Below, piece after piece: positions 25,935 to 35,263 of a stretch of DNA of 46,197 nt. A program made the position numbers and the translations under genes. Origin of the DNA: Candidatus Iainarchaeum sp. (GTDB lineage Archaea > Iainarchaeota > Iainarchaeia > Iainarchaeales > UBA10191); contig JAUSFL010000009.1 in assembly GCA_030649735.1 (NCBI GenBank), forward strand, positions 1 through 46,197, given 5' to 3'. The notes beneath the pieces were generated by a model that did not search any database, had not been told where the DNA came from, and was given only the letters and a program-made list of their open reading frames with translations. Positions within the stretch are counted from its first letter, which is position 1. Each line of letters opens with the position of its first letter.

Positions 25935-26483
25935 TCAGTATCCTTCCCCGCTGTCAGAGCCAGAATCAAAGTCTTGGCCTTGGTTTTCGTTGCGTCTCTT
26001 GTTGAAGCCGCCTCCGCTCCTGTTGCCGTAACCGCCGCCTCCGCTTCTTCCGCCGCCTCCGCCACCAAAGCGTCCGCCGCCTCCGCCTCTATTGAAGCCG
26101 CCTCCGCCTCTATTGCCCCCGCCTTCAAATCGCGGCCTGCGCTCGAACTCTTTTTCGGACATGTCGTTGGTTTCGTCAACTGTTATTTCTTCAGTTGAGT
26201 CTTCAAGCGTTCCATACCTTCCAATGTTCAGTCTCAATTTGTTCTGGAACAGTGAAGTGTAGCCGTTGGAAATCTTGTAAGTCTTTCCTTCCTCAACCTT
26301 GTCAATCATGTCGTCCCATAATGTAAGCAGGATTGTTCCACTCGCATCGCCGACTTTTGCTTCAGTCACTTTGTGCGTTGAATTGTCAAGCTTGCTTGAA
26401 ACTTCCCTCACTTCATTCTTTCCGACAGCTTTTACTACTACGTCAACCTTTTTTGCGAAAGGCCTTAACTCGTTAATTTGCAT
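25935..26483 (-). CDS. ssb: Single-OB-fold ssDNA-binding protein (crenarchaeal SSB-like) with an RGG-rich tail
   Basis: ATG 26483 with GGAGG SD; VGDASGTILLTLWD..NGY..LNIGRYG OB fold; G/R-rich tail with an acidic tip. Confidence 0.88.
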   Translation of the reverse strand: MQINELRPFAKKVDVVVKAVGKNEVREVSSKLDNSTHKVTEAKVGDASGTILLTLWDDMIDKVEEGKTYKISNGYTSLFQNKLRLNIGRYGTLEDSTEEITVDETNDMSEKEFERRPRFEGGGNRGGGGFNRGGGGGRFGGGGGGRSGGGGYGNRSGGGFNKRRNENQGQDFDSGSDSGEGY

Positions 26484-26709
26484 TTTGAATTCCTCCGGTA
26501 AATCTTGTGAATGCAGCAATTTGCCAACTTTCCTTTGACCGAAAATCAGGCTTTGTCTCCAATTCTCAAGCGCAAGGCATTTTCCTGCCTTTGCCGTCAA
26601 ATTTGGCTCGGAAACAATATTTAAACCTAACCTTGAATGCGGGCGCCAAGCCTAGTGCATTTTTGAAAATAAAAGAAAAAGAAGAAAATTGGGAAAAAAA
26701 TTCCCCAAT

Positions 26710-27375
26710 TTATCTTTTAAACGATCTGGCAAAGTCTTGGATTTCCTTCTTGTAGCTCATTGCAAAGTTTATTCCAAAAACAATTGCTGCGACAATCACA
26801 AACGCGGTGAATGCTATCCTGAATGCATCCATCATTATTGCGACTTCAAAGCCGATTGTTTGAAGGCCTATTACTACGGCAATGTATGCTACAATGATCT
26901 CCACTATGAGTTGGATTGATTTCTTGAATTGGTAGTCTGTCGCCAAGACTTTATTGCCCAAGTATCTTGCGAACAACAATCCCAAGACAATGAACAGTAT
27001 TGCACCAGCCACTTTTGGAATGTACATTACAAGCAAGCCTGCAAAGTCTGCCAAGACAGTCAATTGTATTAACTGCAATGCCTGTGCCAGGAATAATGCG
27101 ATGATGAACCATTTCACCAGTGCTCCGGCCAGTTTTGACATCTTGACTTTTCCAATGGCTGACTCTAGCTTTCTTTCTTCAATCCATTTGTCAACCATTG
27201 CCTTTTCCAAAAGCGTTGATATAATCTTTTTGACGACTTCTCCAATGATATAACCCACCAAAAACACTATCACTGCGGCAATGAGCCCTGGAATAACGTT
27301 CACGAAAGAATTCCAAAGGCTTAATGCAGCATCTGACAATGCTGTTGCAGTAGATCCAATCAAATCTGAAGCCAT
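26710..27375 (-). CDS. TM_helix-repeat membrane protein (CmpX/MscS N-terminal-like)
   Basis: Two IP(G/K)xxxAxxxxxxG repeats, about five TM helices; AGGTGA SD. Confidence 0.8.
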   Translation of the reverse strand: MASDLIGSTATALSDAALSLWNSFVNVIPGLIAAVIVFLVGYIIGEVVKKIISTLLEKAMVDKWIEERKLESAIGKVKMSKLAGALVKWFIIALFLAQALQLIQLTVLADFAGLLVMYIPKVAGAILFIVLGLLFARYLGNKVLATDYQFKKSIQLIVEIIVAYIAVVIGLQTIGFEVAIMMDAFRIAFTAFVIVAAIVFGINFAMSYKKEIQDFARSFKR

Positions 27376-27518
27376 TAATGTATCACCTTTTCAAGAAAAG
27401 ACCGCTTAAGTATTTAAGCATTACCAAAAGCCCTTCGTTTTCTAAATCAAAACGCAATTAATGGTTTGATTTCTAAAAAATCTTTTTTTATTACTCTTGT
27501 TCCATTGATAATCATTAA

Positions 27519-28166
27519 GTGATTTTTTTGCTTGAATTGATTTTGGCAAGGCATGGGCAAACGCAATGGAACAAGGAAGCGCGCTTTCAAGGCTGGAGTG
27601 ACTCTCCACTCACAAAGCTTGGAGTTTCTCAAGCGAAAAAAATTGCAAAATTCCTTGACGGAAAAAAAATTGACGCCATTTTCTGCTCTGATCTTGGCCG
27701 CGCCAAAGAAACAGCCGCGTTCATCATACAGCATCATCCAGAATCAAACGTGGAGTTTGTTGAAGAGCTTCGCGAGCTTTCATTCGGCCTTCTTGAGGGA
27801 AAGACTTGGAATGACGCCGCAGACGATGTTCCAAACTTGTTCGAGCTTGAAACAAAAGACCGGCTTTTCATTCCGCACCCTCGCGGCGAAAGCTTTGAAG
27901 ACTTGCGCAAGCGCGTTGGAAAATTCCTGAAAAAAATCCTCAAGCTGCATGATAAGAGAATTCTGCTGGTAAGCCATGACGGCGTCGGAAGAAGCATTCT
28001 TCAAAACCTTTTCGACCTTGATTTTGAACAGCGTGGAAATGTATGCCACCCTCACGAAATAATCTATGTAATCAAAATTTCAGAATCCGGGGAAAAAGCC
28101 TGCGAATGGTTCAATGTGGTCACTGGCGAAGCTGGCGGGGGATTTTATATTCAAGAACAATGCTGA
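27519..28166 (+). CDS. Histidine phosphatase (phosphoglycerate mutase) family protein
   Basis: ARHGQT, SDLGRAKET, LRELSFG..EG, GES and VSH motifs; exact start uncertain. Confidence 0.9.
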   Translation: MIFLLELILARHGQTQWNKEARFQGWSDSPLTKLGVSQAKKIAKFLDGKKIDAIFCSDLGRAKETAAFIIQHHPESNVEFVEELRELSFGLLEGKTWNDAADDVPNLFELETKDRLFIPHPRGESFEDLRKRVGKFLKKILKLHDKRILLVSHDGVGRSILQNLFDLDFEQRGNVCHPHEIIYVIKISESGEKACEWFNVVTGEAGGGFYIQEQC

Positions 28167-28204
28167 CCAAAAGAATAATTAACAACCTTAAACAAAAGAA
28201 TATT

Positions 28205-28774
28205 ATGCCAAAGCCAATTCCTAGAAAAATTCAGCCATACAGGCCTAAAACTTCTTTTGGAAAGCGAGTTGTAAGGACAGCGGCTGTCGCCGGGCTTGCT
28301 GCCGCCACAGTATTTGGCGGAATCAGATTTAATGCCGCAAGAAAGGCAGAATTGAATGCGAGGGCTGATTTTTTCTCAAAGCACGGCGCAAAAAACGTGA
28401 AAGAATGGGTTGCATTGCCAGTCAATGCGAAAGAGCGCTTTCAGCTTCGCGTTTTGAACGCAAGGACTTTCAATGCTGTTGAAAGGCAGGCTTCAAGAAT
28501 GAAGCTTGGAAAAGGCGGAATCAAAACAATCCTTGATACATTATGGTCGCATTCTGATATTTTGAAAGGAGACAGGGAAGATACAAGAGCCATTGACATT
28601 GCAATTCAAACCCGCATTGATTCGCTCAGAACAAGCAAGTACAATTCCCCAAGGGAGAAAGCCGCCCAACTGGAAAGAATTGGACGAGTTGTTGAAATCC
28701 GAGAGTGGGCTGGAAGCTTGCCTGTGGAAACCCAAGAAGAGCTTTTGGATTTGGTCCGCGCTGCAAGGGAATAA
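28205..28774 (+). CDS. Hypothetical basic protein with Pro/Lys/Arg leader and hydrophobic segment
   Basis: Probable ATG 28205 (MPKPIPRK...), which avoids overlap with the upstream gene. Confidence 0.6.
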   Translation: MPKPIPRKIQPYRPKTSFGKRVVRTAAVAGLAAATVFGGIRFNAARKAELNARADFFSKHGAKNVKEWVALPVNAKERFQLRVLNARTFNAVERQASRMKLGKGGIKTILDTLWSHSDILKGDREDTRAIDIAIQTRIDSLRTSKYNSPREKAAQLERIGRVVEIREWAGSLPVETQEELLDLVRAARE

Positions 28775-28776
28775 AC

Positions 28777-29508
28777 TTATTTTTTTCTTATGGCGAGTAT
28801 GTCATTGCCTGAAAAACCGCGAATTTTTATAATTCTAAATCCAGCGGCCTCAAGCTCTGATTCGGTAAACCAGCTCACAAATCTGGCTTGCTCAATCAAT
28901 ACAATTCTTCCGCCTTTTGCAGTATTCTCAATCAAGGAATGCAAAAAAACAGGCAAATTCATTTCAGGATGTCCGCGAGTGTAAGTGTTTAACACGCGAT
29001 TGGCAATAGTCAAATCTGCCCCAACACCATCAAGTTCTTCAATTTTTTTTGGCAGAAATGAGACGTTCCTTATTGTCGCTGTTCTTTTAGGAATTCTTTT
29101 CAACTCTGAATCAGCCCAGAATTGGTTAGGGACTTTCTGTCTTAACTTTCTGTGATATTCTTCCTTTGTTCTTGAAGAGTTCAAAAGCGCGAGCTTTTTC
29201 ATTCCAACCTGAATTGCTCCTTCCTGCGCATCGCAAGCAATCACTTGCGTGCCTTTTCCAAATGCGTGCGCTAATGCAATGCTCAGGCTTGCTGTCCCAG
29301 AACCCACTTCAAGAATTCTTTTTACGCCTTTCTTTCTGATAAAGAATGGAAAAAGCACTTTTTTGATTGTTTTCAATGCCGCGGAAGTGTCTACAGAATA
29401 CCCATAAATAAATTGCTCCACTGGTTGTTGTGGCTTTTTCCTCAATCTTCTTGAAAGCGCTTTAGCCACTGGCTTTTCATGAAGTGTGGGAATTCTTCTT
29501 TGAATCAT
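28777..29508 (-). CDS. Class I SAM-dependent methyltransferase with a basic N-terminal extension
   Basis: ILEVGSGT motif I, VIACD, ADLTIANRVL, KGGRIVLIE. Confidence 0.75.
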   Translation of the reverse strand: MIQRRIPTLHEKPVAKALSRRLRKKPQQPVEQFIYGYSVDTSAALKTIKKVLFPFFIRKKGVKRILEVGSGTASLSIALAHAFGKGTQVIACDAQEGAIQVGMKKLALLNSSRTKEEYHRKLRQKVPNQFWADSELKRIPKRTATIRNVSFLPKKIEELDGVGADLTIANRVLNTYTRGHPEMNLPVFLHSLIENTAKGGRIVLIEQARFVSWFTESELEAAGFRIIKIRGFSGNDILAIRKK

Positions 29509-29587
29509 TTTGCAAAATAAGGATTCTCTAATTAAAAAAATAAGCGCTTTAACTGGTTAAAAAAAAGAAAAAAAGAGCGGATGAGAT

Positions 29588-31231
29588 TTACATCTCATCC
29601 ATTCCGCCCATTCCCGGAGGCATTCCTCCAGGCGGCATTCCGCCACGCCCTTTGGAATTGGCGGCAATGATGTCGTCAATCCTCAAAAGCATTTCTGCAA
29701 CTTCAGAAGCTGAAGTGATTGCCTGTGTTTTCACAGCCAATGGCTCAATGACTTTCATTTCTTTCATGTTTGCAAAGCCCGCGCTGTAAACATCGACTCC
29801 AATGTACTTGCCGTCTTTGCCCGCATGCTTTGAGCGCAATGCGACAATGGTGTCAATCGGGTCCATTCCTGCAGTTTCTGCAAGCGTGCGTGGAATTATT
29901 TCCAAAGTTTCTGCAAAAGCCTCGACTGCAAGCTGTTCCCTGCCCCCGACTGTTTTTGCAAATTCTCTCAAGCGCATTGCGACTTCAATGTCAGCGCTTC
30001 CGCCGCCAGTAACCACTTTTCCAGACTTGATTGCTGAAGTTGTTGATCCAACAGCGTCCTTGATTGCTCTTTCGGCTTCGTCAACAACGTGCTCTGAGCC
30101 TCCGCGCAATAAAATGCTCACTGCTTTCGGGTTTTTGCATCCTTCGACAAAAACCATCAAATCTCCGGAAACTTTTCTTTCTTGCACTAAGTCTGCGTTT
30201 CCCAAGTCTTCCTTGCTCAAGTCGTCAAGCCTTGAAACAACTTTTCCGCCAGTCGCCCTTGCCAATGCATCCATGTCTGATTTTTTGACCCTGCGGATTG
30301 CAGAAATTTTTTCTTTCGCCAAAAAATGCTGTGCCAAGTCGTCAATTCCCTTCTGGCAGACCAAAACAGTCGCTCCGGACTCTTTTACTTTCGCAACCAT
30401 TTTCTTCAATGATCCTTCCTCATGGTCCAGCATTGCCTGCAATTGTTCTGGAGAGTTTATTTCAATTTTTGCGTCAGTCTCCAATTCCTTGATTTCCAAT
30501 GCGGCGTCAATCAATGCTATTTTTGCATTCTTGATTGTCTTTGGCATTCCAGCATGCACGATTTCCTTGTCCAGGACAATTCCGATAATTAATTTTGAAT
30601 CGCCCAGTGATTCTCCGACTTTTTTTTCAACCTTGATGTTTTCAGTGTCAATGACCACTTTTCCGTCCTCTTCTTCAGTCACCATTGCGACTGCCTTCAT
30701 TACAATGTCTGCAAGCTCTTCTGCTGCTTCAGCGCTTTTTCCAGTCATTGAAGTGTAAGCAATATCTTTCAAGGTCTTGGTGTCTTTCACAGTCAAATTG
30801 TCTGCTGTCGCCTCATAAAATTCCTTGGCTTTTTTTGCGGCCATTCTATAGCCTTTGATTATAATGCTTGGGTGGATTTCATCATCCAAAAGATTTTCTG
30901 CCTTTCCCAAAAGCCCGCCTGCAATAATTACTGCAGAAGTTGTCCCGTCGCCCACAGAATCATCCTGTGTTTTCGCGACTTCAACCATCATTTTTCCTGC
31001 CGGATGCTCAATGCTCATTTCGCTCAAAATTGTGGCGCCGTCATTTGAGATTGTAACGTCCCCCAAATCGCTCACGAGCATTTTGTCCATTCCTTTAGGC
31101 CCTAAAGTGCTCTTTATTGCATTGGCGACTGCCTTTGCAATCAAAATGTTAATTCTTTGCGCGTCCCTGCCGCGCGTTCTTTTTGTTCCTTCACCCATGA
31201 AGTAAACCGGTTGCTGCTGGTCATTTGCCAT
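29588..31231 (-). CDS. ths: Thermosome subunit (group II chaperonin)
   Basis: [31 protein letters not shown] and a GGMPPGGM tail; GGAGG SD. Confidence 0.97.
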   Translation of the reverse strand: MANDQQQPVYFMGEGTKRTRGRDAQRINILIAKAVANAIKSTLGPKGMDKMLVSDLGDVTISNDGATILSEMSIEHPAGKMMVEVAKTQDDSVGDGTTSAVIIAGGLLGKAENLLDDEIHPSIIIKGYRMAAKKAKEFYEATADNLTVKDTKTLKDIAYTSMTGKSAEAAEELADIVMKAVAMVTEEEDGKVVIDTENIKVEKKVGESLGDSKLIIGIVLDKEIVHAGMPKTIKNAKIALIDAALEIKELETDAKIEINSPEQLQAMLDHEEGSLKKMVAKVKESGATVLVCQKGIDDLAQHFLAKEKISAIRRVKKSDMDALARATGGKVVSRLDDLSKEDLGNADLVQERKVSGDLMVFVEGCKNPKAVSILLRGGSEHVVDEAERAIKDAVGSTTSAIKSGKVVTGGGSADIEVAMRLREFAKTVGGREQLAVEAFAETLEIIPRTLAETAGMDPIDTIVALRSKHAGKDGKYIGVDVYSAGFANMKEMKVIEPLAVKTQAITSASEVAEMLLRIDDIIAANSKGRGGMPPGGMPPGMGGMDEM

Positions 31232-31381
31232 AGTATCAATCCTCCGAAAATTGGTAAAAACTTCTAAAATAGTAGTGAAATAATTGATGGATATGAATGT
31301 TTAAAAACAGTGCGTTTTGTCCAGTATTTTTAAACAAGCGCTAGGCAACAAATTAAATAATACTGGCTTTTAATTATTGTC

Positions 31382-32401
31382 ATGCTGCGGGAAAAAAAAC
31401 CTGATTTGGGAGACTTTGAAGAAATTCCATTGGGATTTGTTGAAAGGCCATTCTGGCCTGAATATTACTATGGGCATGAAGGCACATTTTACCTTCATTT
31501 TGAATGCCTTGAACAGTATTTTACAGCATTTGCGGAAAACATTCGGCAAAAGACAAATTTTGGATTGGATTTTGGGTCAATACGCTTCCTGGTTTCTTGT
31601 GACAATTCAGAGCAAAGCCGGCACGAAGGAATTAAGTCTTACTCTTGGGCGTACTACCACTCGGAAGAGTGCTGCTGTTGCGGAAGAAAAATTACGCTTG
31701 GGGATGACGGCTTTACTGAATTCAAAAATATTGCTTGCTTGAGCTTTATGACAACCTGGCCGCGAAGGGTTTACCCAAGAAATTTGGATGCTTATAAAAA
31801 AGAGATGCGTCCATATTGGGAAAAACACAATGAATACGAGCTAAAATCCCGGGTCGAGTGGATGAATGAAAATAATTCCCCAATAAAGATGACTGACCAG
31901 GACAAAGAGGATTTCATTCGCGATGGCGAACAGTCAATAAAGAATCGTTTTGCAAGAACAAGGGCCAATGCCAAACTCATTCCGTCAGAGCTCGTGGATT
32001 TTTGGAAAAAAATTGGGCTTGTGGACAGCAGCTTCAAAAGCTTGGGAAAAAAAGACGACTTTTCCGAGGCAGTGAAGCATGGCTTGCTGTTTTCCTATGC
32101 AACTGACCTTGCAAAAAAAGGAAATTCGGGCGAAGCTTTCAAAATTTTTGACAAGATTTTTTCAGAAAGCAAAATTGATTCCCTAAAACTTCAGGTCCTT
32201 TACCGCAAGGCCTGCTTTTTGTACTCTGCGGGAAAATTGGATGAAGCAAAAGCCTGCTTGGATGTGGTTTTGAAAATTGAGCCTGCGTTTTTTGGGGCCT
32301 TGAAACTTAATGGAGTCATTTGCGCCAGCCTCGGCAAGGAAATTGAGTCTCTAGAGTATTTTTTAGAATTGGAGAAATATGCCAAAAGAAAGCAATCTTA
32401 A
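31382..32401 (+). CDS. Hypothetical protein with C-terminal TPR repeats
   Basis: C-terminal helical repeats (KACFLYSAGKLDEAKACLDVVLKIEP); HSEECCCCG in the N-terminal half. Confidence 0.65.
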   Translation: MLREKKPDLGDFEEIPLGFVERPFWPEYYYGHEGTFYLHFECLEQYFTAFAENIRQKTNFGLDFGSIRFLVSCDNSEQSRHEGIKSYSWAYYHSEECCCCGRKITLGDDGFTEFKNIACLSFMTTWPRRVYPRNLDAYKKEMRPYWEKHNEYELKSRVEWMNENNSPIKMTDQDKEDFIRDGEQSIKNRFARTRANAKLIPSELVDFWKKIGLVDSSFKSLGKKDDFSEAVKHGLLFSYATDLAKKGNSGEAFKIFDKIFSESKIDSLKLQVLYRKACFLYSAGKLDEAKACLDVVLKIEPAFFGALKLNGVICASLGKEIESLEYFLELEKYAKRKQS

Positions 32402-32499
32402 GAAATTAATGAAAAATAGCCCAAAAAGATATTGATTCTAGGGCGACAAGCTAACTTGAAATGAAAAGATTAAAATATGCCTTCGGCATTTATTTTTGC

Positions 32500-32718
32500 A
32501 TGGGACTTTTAGAATCTTTTGAAAAAGTAGCAAGCACTGCAAGCAGGACCACTAGCGCTGCAGAAAACACAATTAGCACTGCAGAACGCGCTAAAAGAGC
32601 CACTGACAAGGTTGGCGGGGCCTTGGCGCAAAAATGCAAGTTTTGCCAAAAGGTACTGGCCACTGACATGGAAAAAAAGAAAGGCATGTGCTCTGCCTGC
32701 GCCCTTGCAAGAATGTAA
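32500..32718 (+). CDS. Small protein with a C-terminal CxxC-x-CxxC zinc finger
   Basis: ATG 32500; CKFC...CSAC. Confidence 0.6.
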   Translation: MGLLESFEKVASTASRTTSAAENTISTAERAKRATDKVGGALAQKCKFCQKVLATDMEKKKGMCSACALARM

Positions 32719-32761
32719 AACTGTTTAAATTGTTTTTTGCACAAAGCATTCTTGAAAAGCC

Positions 32762-33337
32762 ATGGGACTCAATGATTTTTTAAAGCAAAACTCTTTCGAA
32801 CTGGTGCGCAAAATCGCGCACGGGTATTCGAGCGAGGTTTTTCTGGCAAAGCACTTGCCTTCAGGCAATCTTTTCGCCTTGAAAGTCGAGAAGGAAAAAT
32901 CACGCCGCGTGAAAATGCTTGAAAAAGAAGCCGGAAATTTGCTTTTGGCAAACTCTGAAGGAATTGGCCCCAAGCTTTTCGCGTTCGATCCAGTGGAGCG
33001 CATTGTCGTCATGGAATTCATTGATGGAATTCCATTCAACAAATGGCTGGAGAAAGGGCCTTCAAAAAAACAGCTCGCGCTTTTTGTGAAAAAACTTCAG
33101 GCGCAGGCAAAAAAACTCGACTCGCTGAGCCTTGACCACGGCCAGCTTGCTGGAAAGGGAAAAAACATTCTTGCAAGAAAAGCCGGAAAAAACTTTGAGC
33201 CAGTGATTGTCGATTTTGAGAAAGGCTCGCAGTGCAGGAAATGCCATAATTTTTCGCGGCTTGACGGTTTTTTGTTCAAGAATCCAAAAAGTTTTGTCAG
33301 CAGGAAAGTAAAGCAAATTCTGGAAATTCAGGAATAG
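32762..33337 (+). CDS. Minimal Ser/Thr protein kinase (archaeal COG2112-like)
   Basis: HGYSSEVF loop, FALK, EAGNL, VMEFIDG, HGQL..KNIL, VDFE. Confidence 0.82.
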   Translation: MGLNDFLKQNSFELVRKIAHGYSSEVFLAKHLPSGNLFALKVEKEKSRRVKMLEKEAGNLLLANSEGIGPKLFAFDPVERIVVMEFIDGIPFNKWLEKGPSKKQLALFVKKLQAQAKKLDSLSLDHGQLAGKGKNILARKAGKNFEPVIVDFEKGSQCRKCHNFSRLDGFLFKNPKSFVSRKVKQILEIQE

Positions 33338-33380
33338 CTTTTTATAGTTGGCTGGCGTTTTTTTCTTTTGTGGAGTTTTA

Positions 33381-34385
33381 ATGAATTCTAAAGGCCAGCT
33401 TAGCTTTGACTTGATTTTTGCGGTATTGCTTTTCCTAACCGCAACTCAAATAATACTTTCAATGACGCAGGGGTTTGAGGAATCGCAAAAGCAAATTGCA
33501 GCCCAAAACCAGCTTCGCGGAATCTCCGAAAGCTTTGCCTCAAAAATTTCGCAAACATCCCTGCTTCCAAATTCTGAAGTCAATTTCCAGACCCCTTACA
33601 TAATGCTTGCCGGCTCCGGGCTTAACGACTGCAATATTCAAATGAGCAAGAAAGAAGAGCCGCTTCATTCTGTTGAAGTTTCTGTTGAAGTGCTTTACAG
33701 CGTTTATACGGGAAGCGTAAGCAAGGAAGAATTAGTGTCTTATTGCGTGCAAAATGGCTGGCTTCCTAAAATAAAAGTGACCGCGGGAAAAGGCGCTTCG
33801 CAAGTTTTTGATTCAAAAACTTTTGATTTGGACTTTGTTGACGGAGTGCAGAAAAAAATAGCAATGCTTAATCTTTCTCAAGCAACTTGGATTGAGCTGG
33901 AGTTTTTGGGCGATTGCGCCGGAGGGCCTCCAAACCTTGGAGGAAACGCAAGCACTGACTTAAGCCTGAAAAAAATGATTGTTACTGGAGTGATTTATGA
34001 CTTGGGCAATTATTACATGCCTTGTTCTGGCGCCGGACATGCAGGCTGCCCTGGCCTACTGCAAGTTTCATTAAGCAGCCAGCCTAATTGCAATTCAAGC
34101 AATGGTTTGTATTCTTGCAGAGCTAACCAAACCTGCCCTGGCGATTGGATTGCGTCAAATTCAGACAGGTGCTGCAATACAACATGCTCTGATTCCGGTG
34201 AAGTGCAGGCTGACTACATTTCCGCCGGAACTGTTTCCAAAAGAGCGAGCGTTTCAGTCCCTTTGAAAGTGAGCGATGAATTGGTTGACGGGATTGGCAA
34301 TCCTGTAAGCGGTTTTTCTTTCTCTTGCGGCAGCAAAGTTACTTGCGTGCAGGGAGCTTCAGGAATTTCCTGCATTAAAGGGTGA
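33381..34385 (+). CDS. Class III signal peptide (type IV pilin-like) protein with a Cys-rich region
   Basis: ATG 33381; MNSKG/QLSFDLIFAVLLF; GGAG SD. Confidence 0.78.
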   Translation: MNSKGQLSFDLIFAVLLFLTATQIILSMTQGFEESQKQIAAQNQLRGISESFASKISQTSLLPNSEVNFQTPYIMLAGSGLNDCNIQMSKKEEPLHSVEVSVEVLYSVYTGSVSKEELVSYCVQNGWLPKIKVTAGKGASQVFDSKTFDLDFVDGVQKKIAMLNLSQATWIELEFLGDCAGGPPNLGGNASTDLSLKKMIVTGVIYDLGNYYMPCSGAGHAGCPGLLQVSLSSQPNCNSSNGLYSCRANQTCPGDWIASNSDRCCNTTCSDSGEVQADYISAGTVSKRASVSVPLKVSDELVDGIGNPVSGFSFSCGSKVTCVQGASGISCIKG

Positions 34386-34392
34386 TTTGAAA

Positions 34393-35172
34393 ATGCCGAA
34401 CAAGTCCTTGATTGAACTGGAAAGCCTCTTGAAAATTTCCGGAAAAAAAGACATTCCAAAAGACCTCGCCACTTACAGGACTCCTTCAGGAATTCACGGC
34501 TTTGACGAAATGGTTGAAGGCGGTTTTGAAAAAGGCTCGGTGAGCTTAATTGTCGGAGTCCCCGGCTCTGGAAAAACAACCTTTGCCTTGCAATTCCTGT
34601 ATTACGGCGCTTCAGTATTGAAAGAGCCTGGATTGTTCATTACTTTTGCGGAAAGCAAGGAAAGCATTTACAGGCATGCGTTGAATTATGGGTGGGATTT
34701 TTCAAAGCTTGAAGAAGAAGGATTATTCCAGATTCTGCAGTTCAAGCCGCATCAAGTCACTGGATTGATTGAGGAAGGCGGCGGCTCAATAAAGGACGAG
34801 ATTGAAAGCCTGGGCGTGAAAAGAGTCGCAATAGACAGCATTACCGCATACACCTTGCTTTTCAAGGACGAGTACCAAAAGCGCGAAAGCATTGTCTCTT
34901 TCATTGACAGGCTGCACGAGTGGAACTGCACTTCAATGATCATTTCAGAAATGCCGCCAATGATTTCTGAAACAAAGGAAGGCAGCATTGGATTCCTTTC
35001 AGACTCAATCATTGCATTGCATTATTCAAAGCCAAAAAACTCCGCGGACAGGGTGCACAGCATTGAAATATTGAAAATGCGCGGAACAAGGCATTCCACC
35101 AGAGTGTGCAAAATGGAGTTTGAAAAAAACGGGATTTCAATCTATCCGGAAATTGAGCCAGAGCATTATTGA
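34393..35172 (+). CDS. KaiC/RAD55/GvpD family single-domain ATPase
   Basis: SGIHGFDEMVEGG, GVPGSGKT, RVAIDS, ILKMRGT. Confidence 0.92.
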   Translation: MPNKSLIELESLLKISGKKDIPKDLATYRTPSGIHGFDEMVEGGFEKGSVSLIVGVPGSGKTTFALQFLYYGASVLKEPGLFITFAESKESIYRHALNYGWDFSKLEEEGLFQILQFKPHQVTGLIEEGGGSIKDEIESLGVKRVAIDSITAYTLLFKDEYQKRESIVSFIDRLHEWNCTSMIISEMPPMISETKEGSIGFLSDSIIALHYSKPKNSADRVHSIEILKMRGTRHSTRVCKMEFEKNGISIYPEIEPEHY

Positions 35173-35263
35173 ATCAAGTTTTCTTCCAAGCAATTGTTTA
35201 ATTTCCTTGAAAAATTGAGAAATGAGGGAAAGTTATTAATTCTAGAAATTTTTTATTTTTAAT

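Noticed and set aside
25829-26198. Ala-rich ORFs 25829..26179 and 25974..26198; possible tandem-repeat or CRISPR-like array
   Set aside because: Alternative frames of the Gly-codon repeats in the ssb tail; there is no repeat-spacer structure.
28043-28204. N-terminal extension of the ORF ending at 28774
   Set aside because: It overlaps the histidine phosphatase gene; ATG 28205 after an AT-rich promoter-like stretch is more plausible.
29802-30758. 318-aa plus-strand ORF, and similar long antisense ORFs over ileS, valS, hisG and copA
   Set aside because: Antisense shadows of conserved genes.
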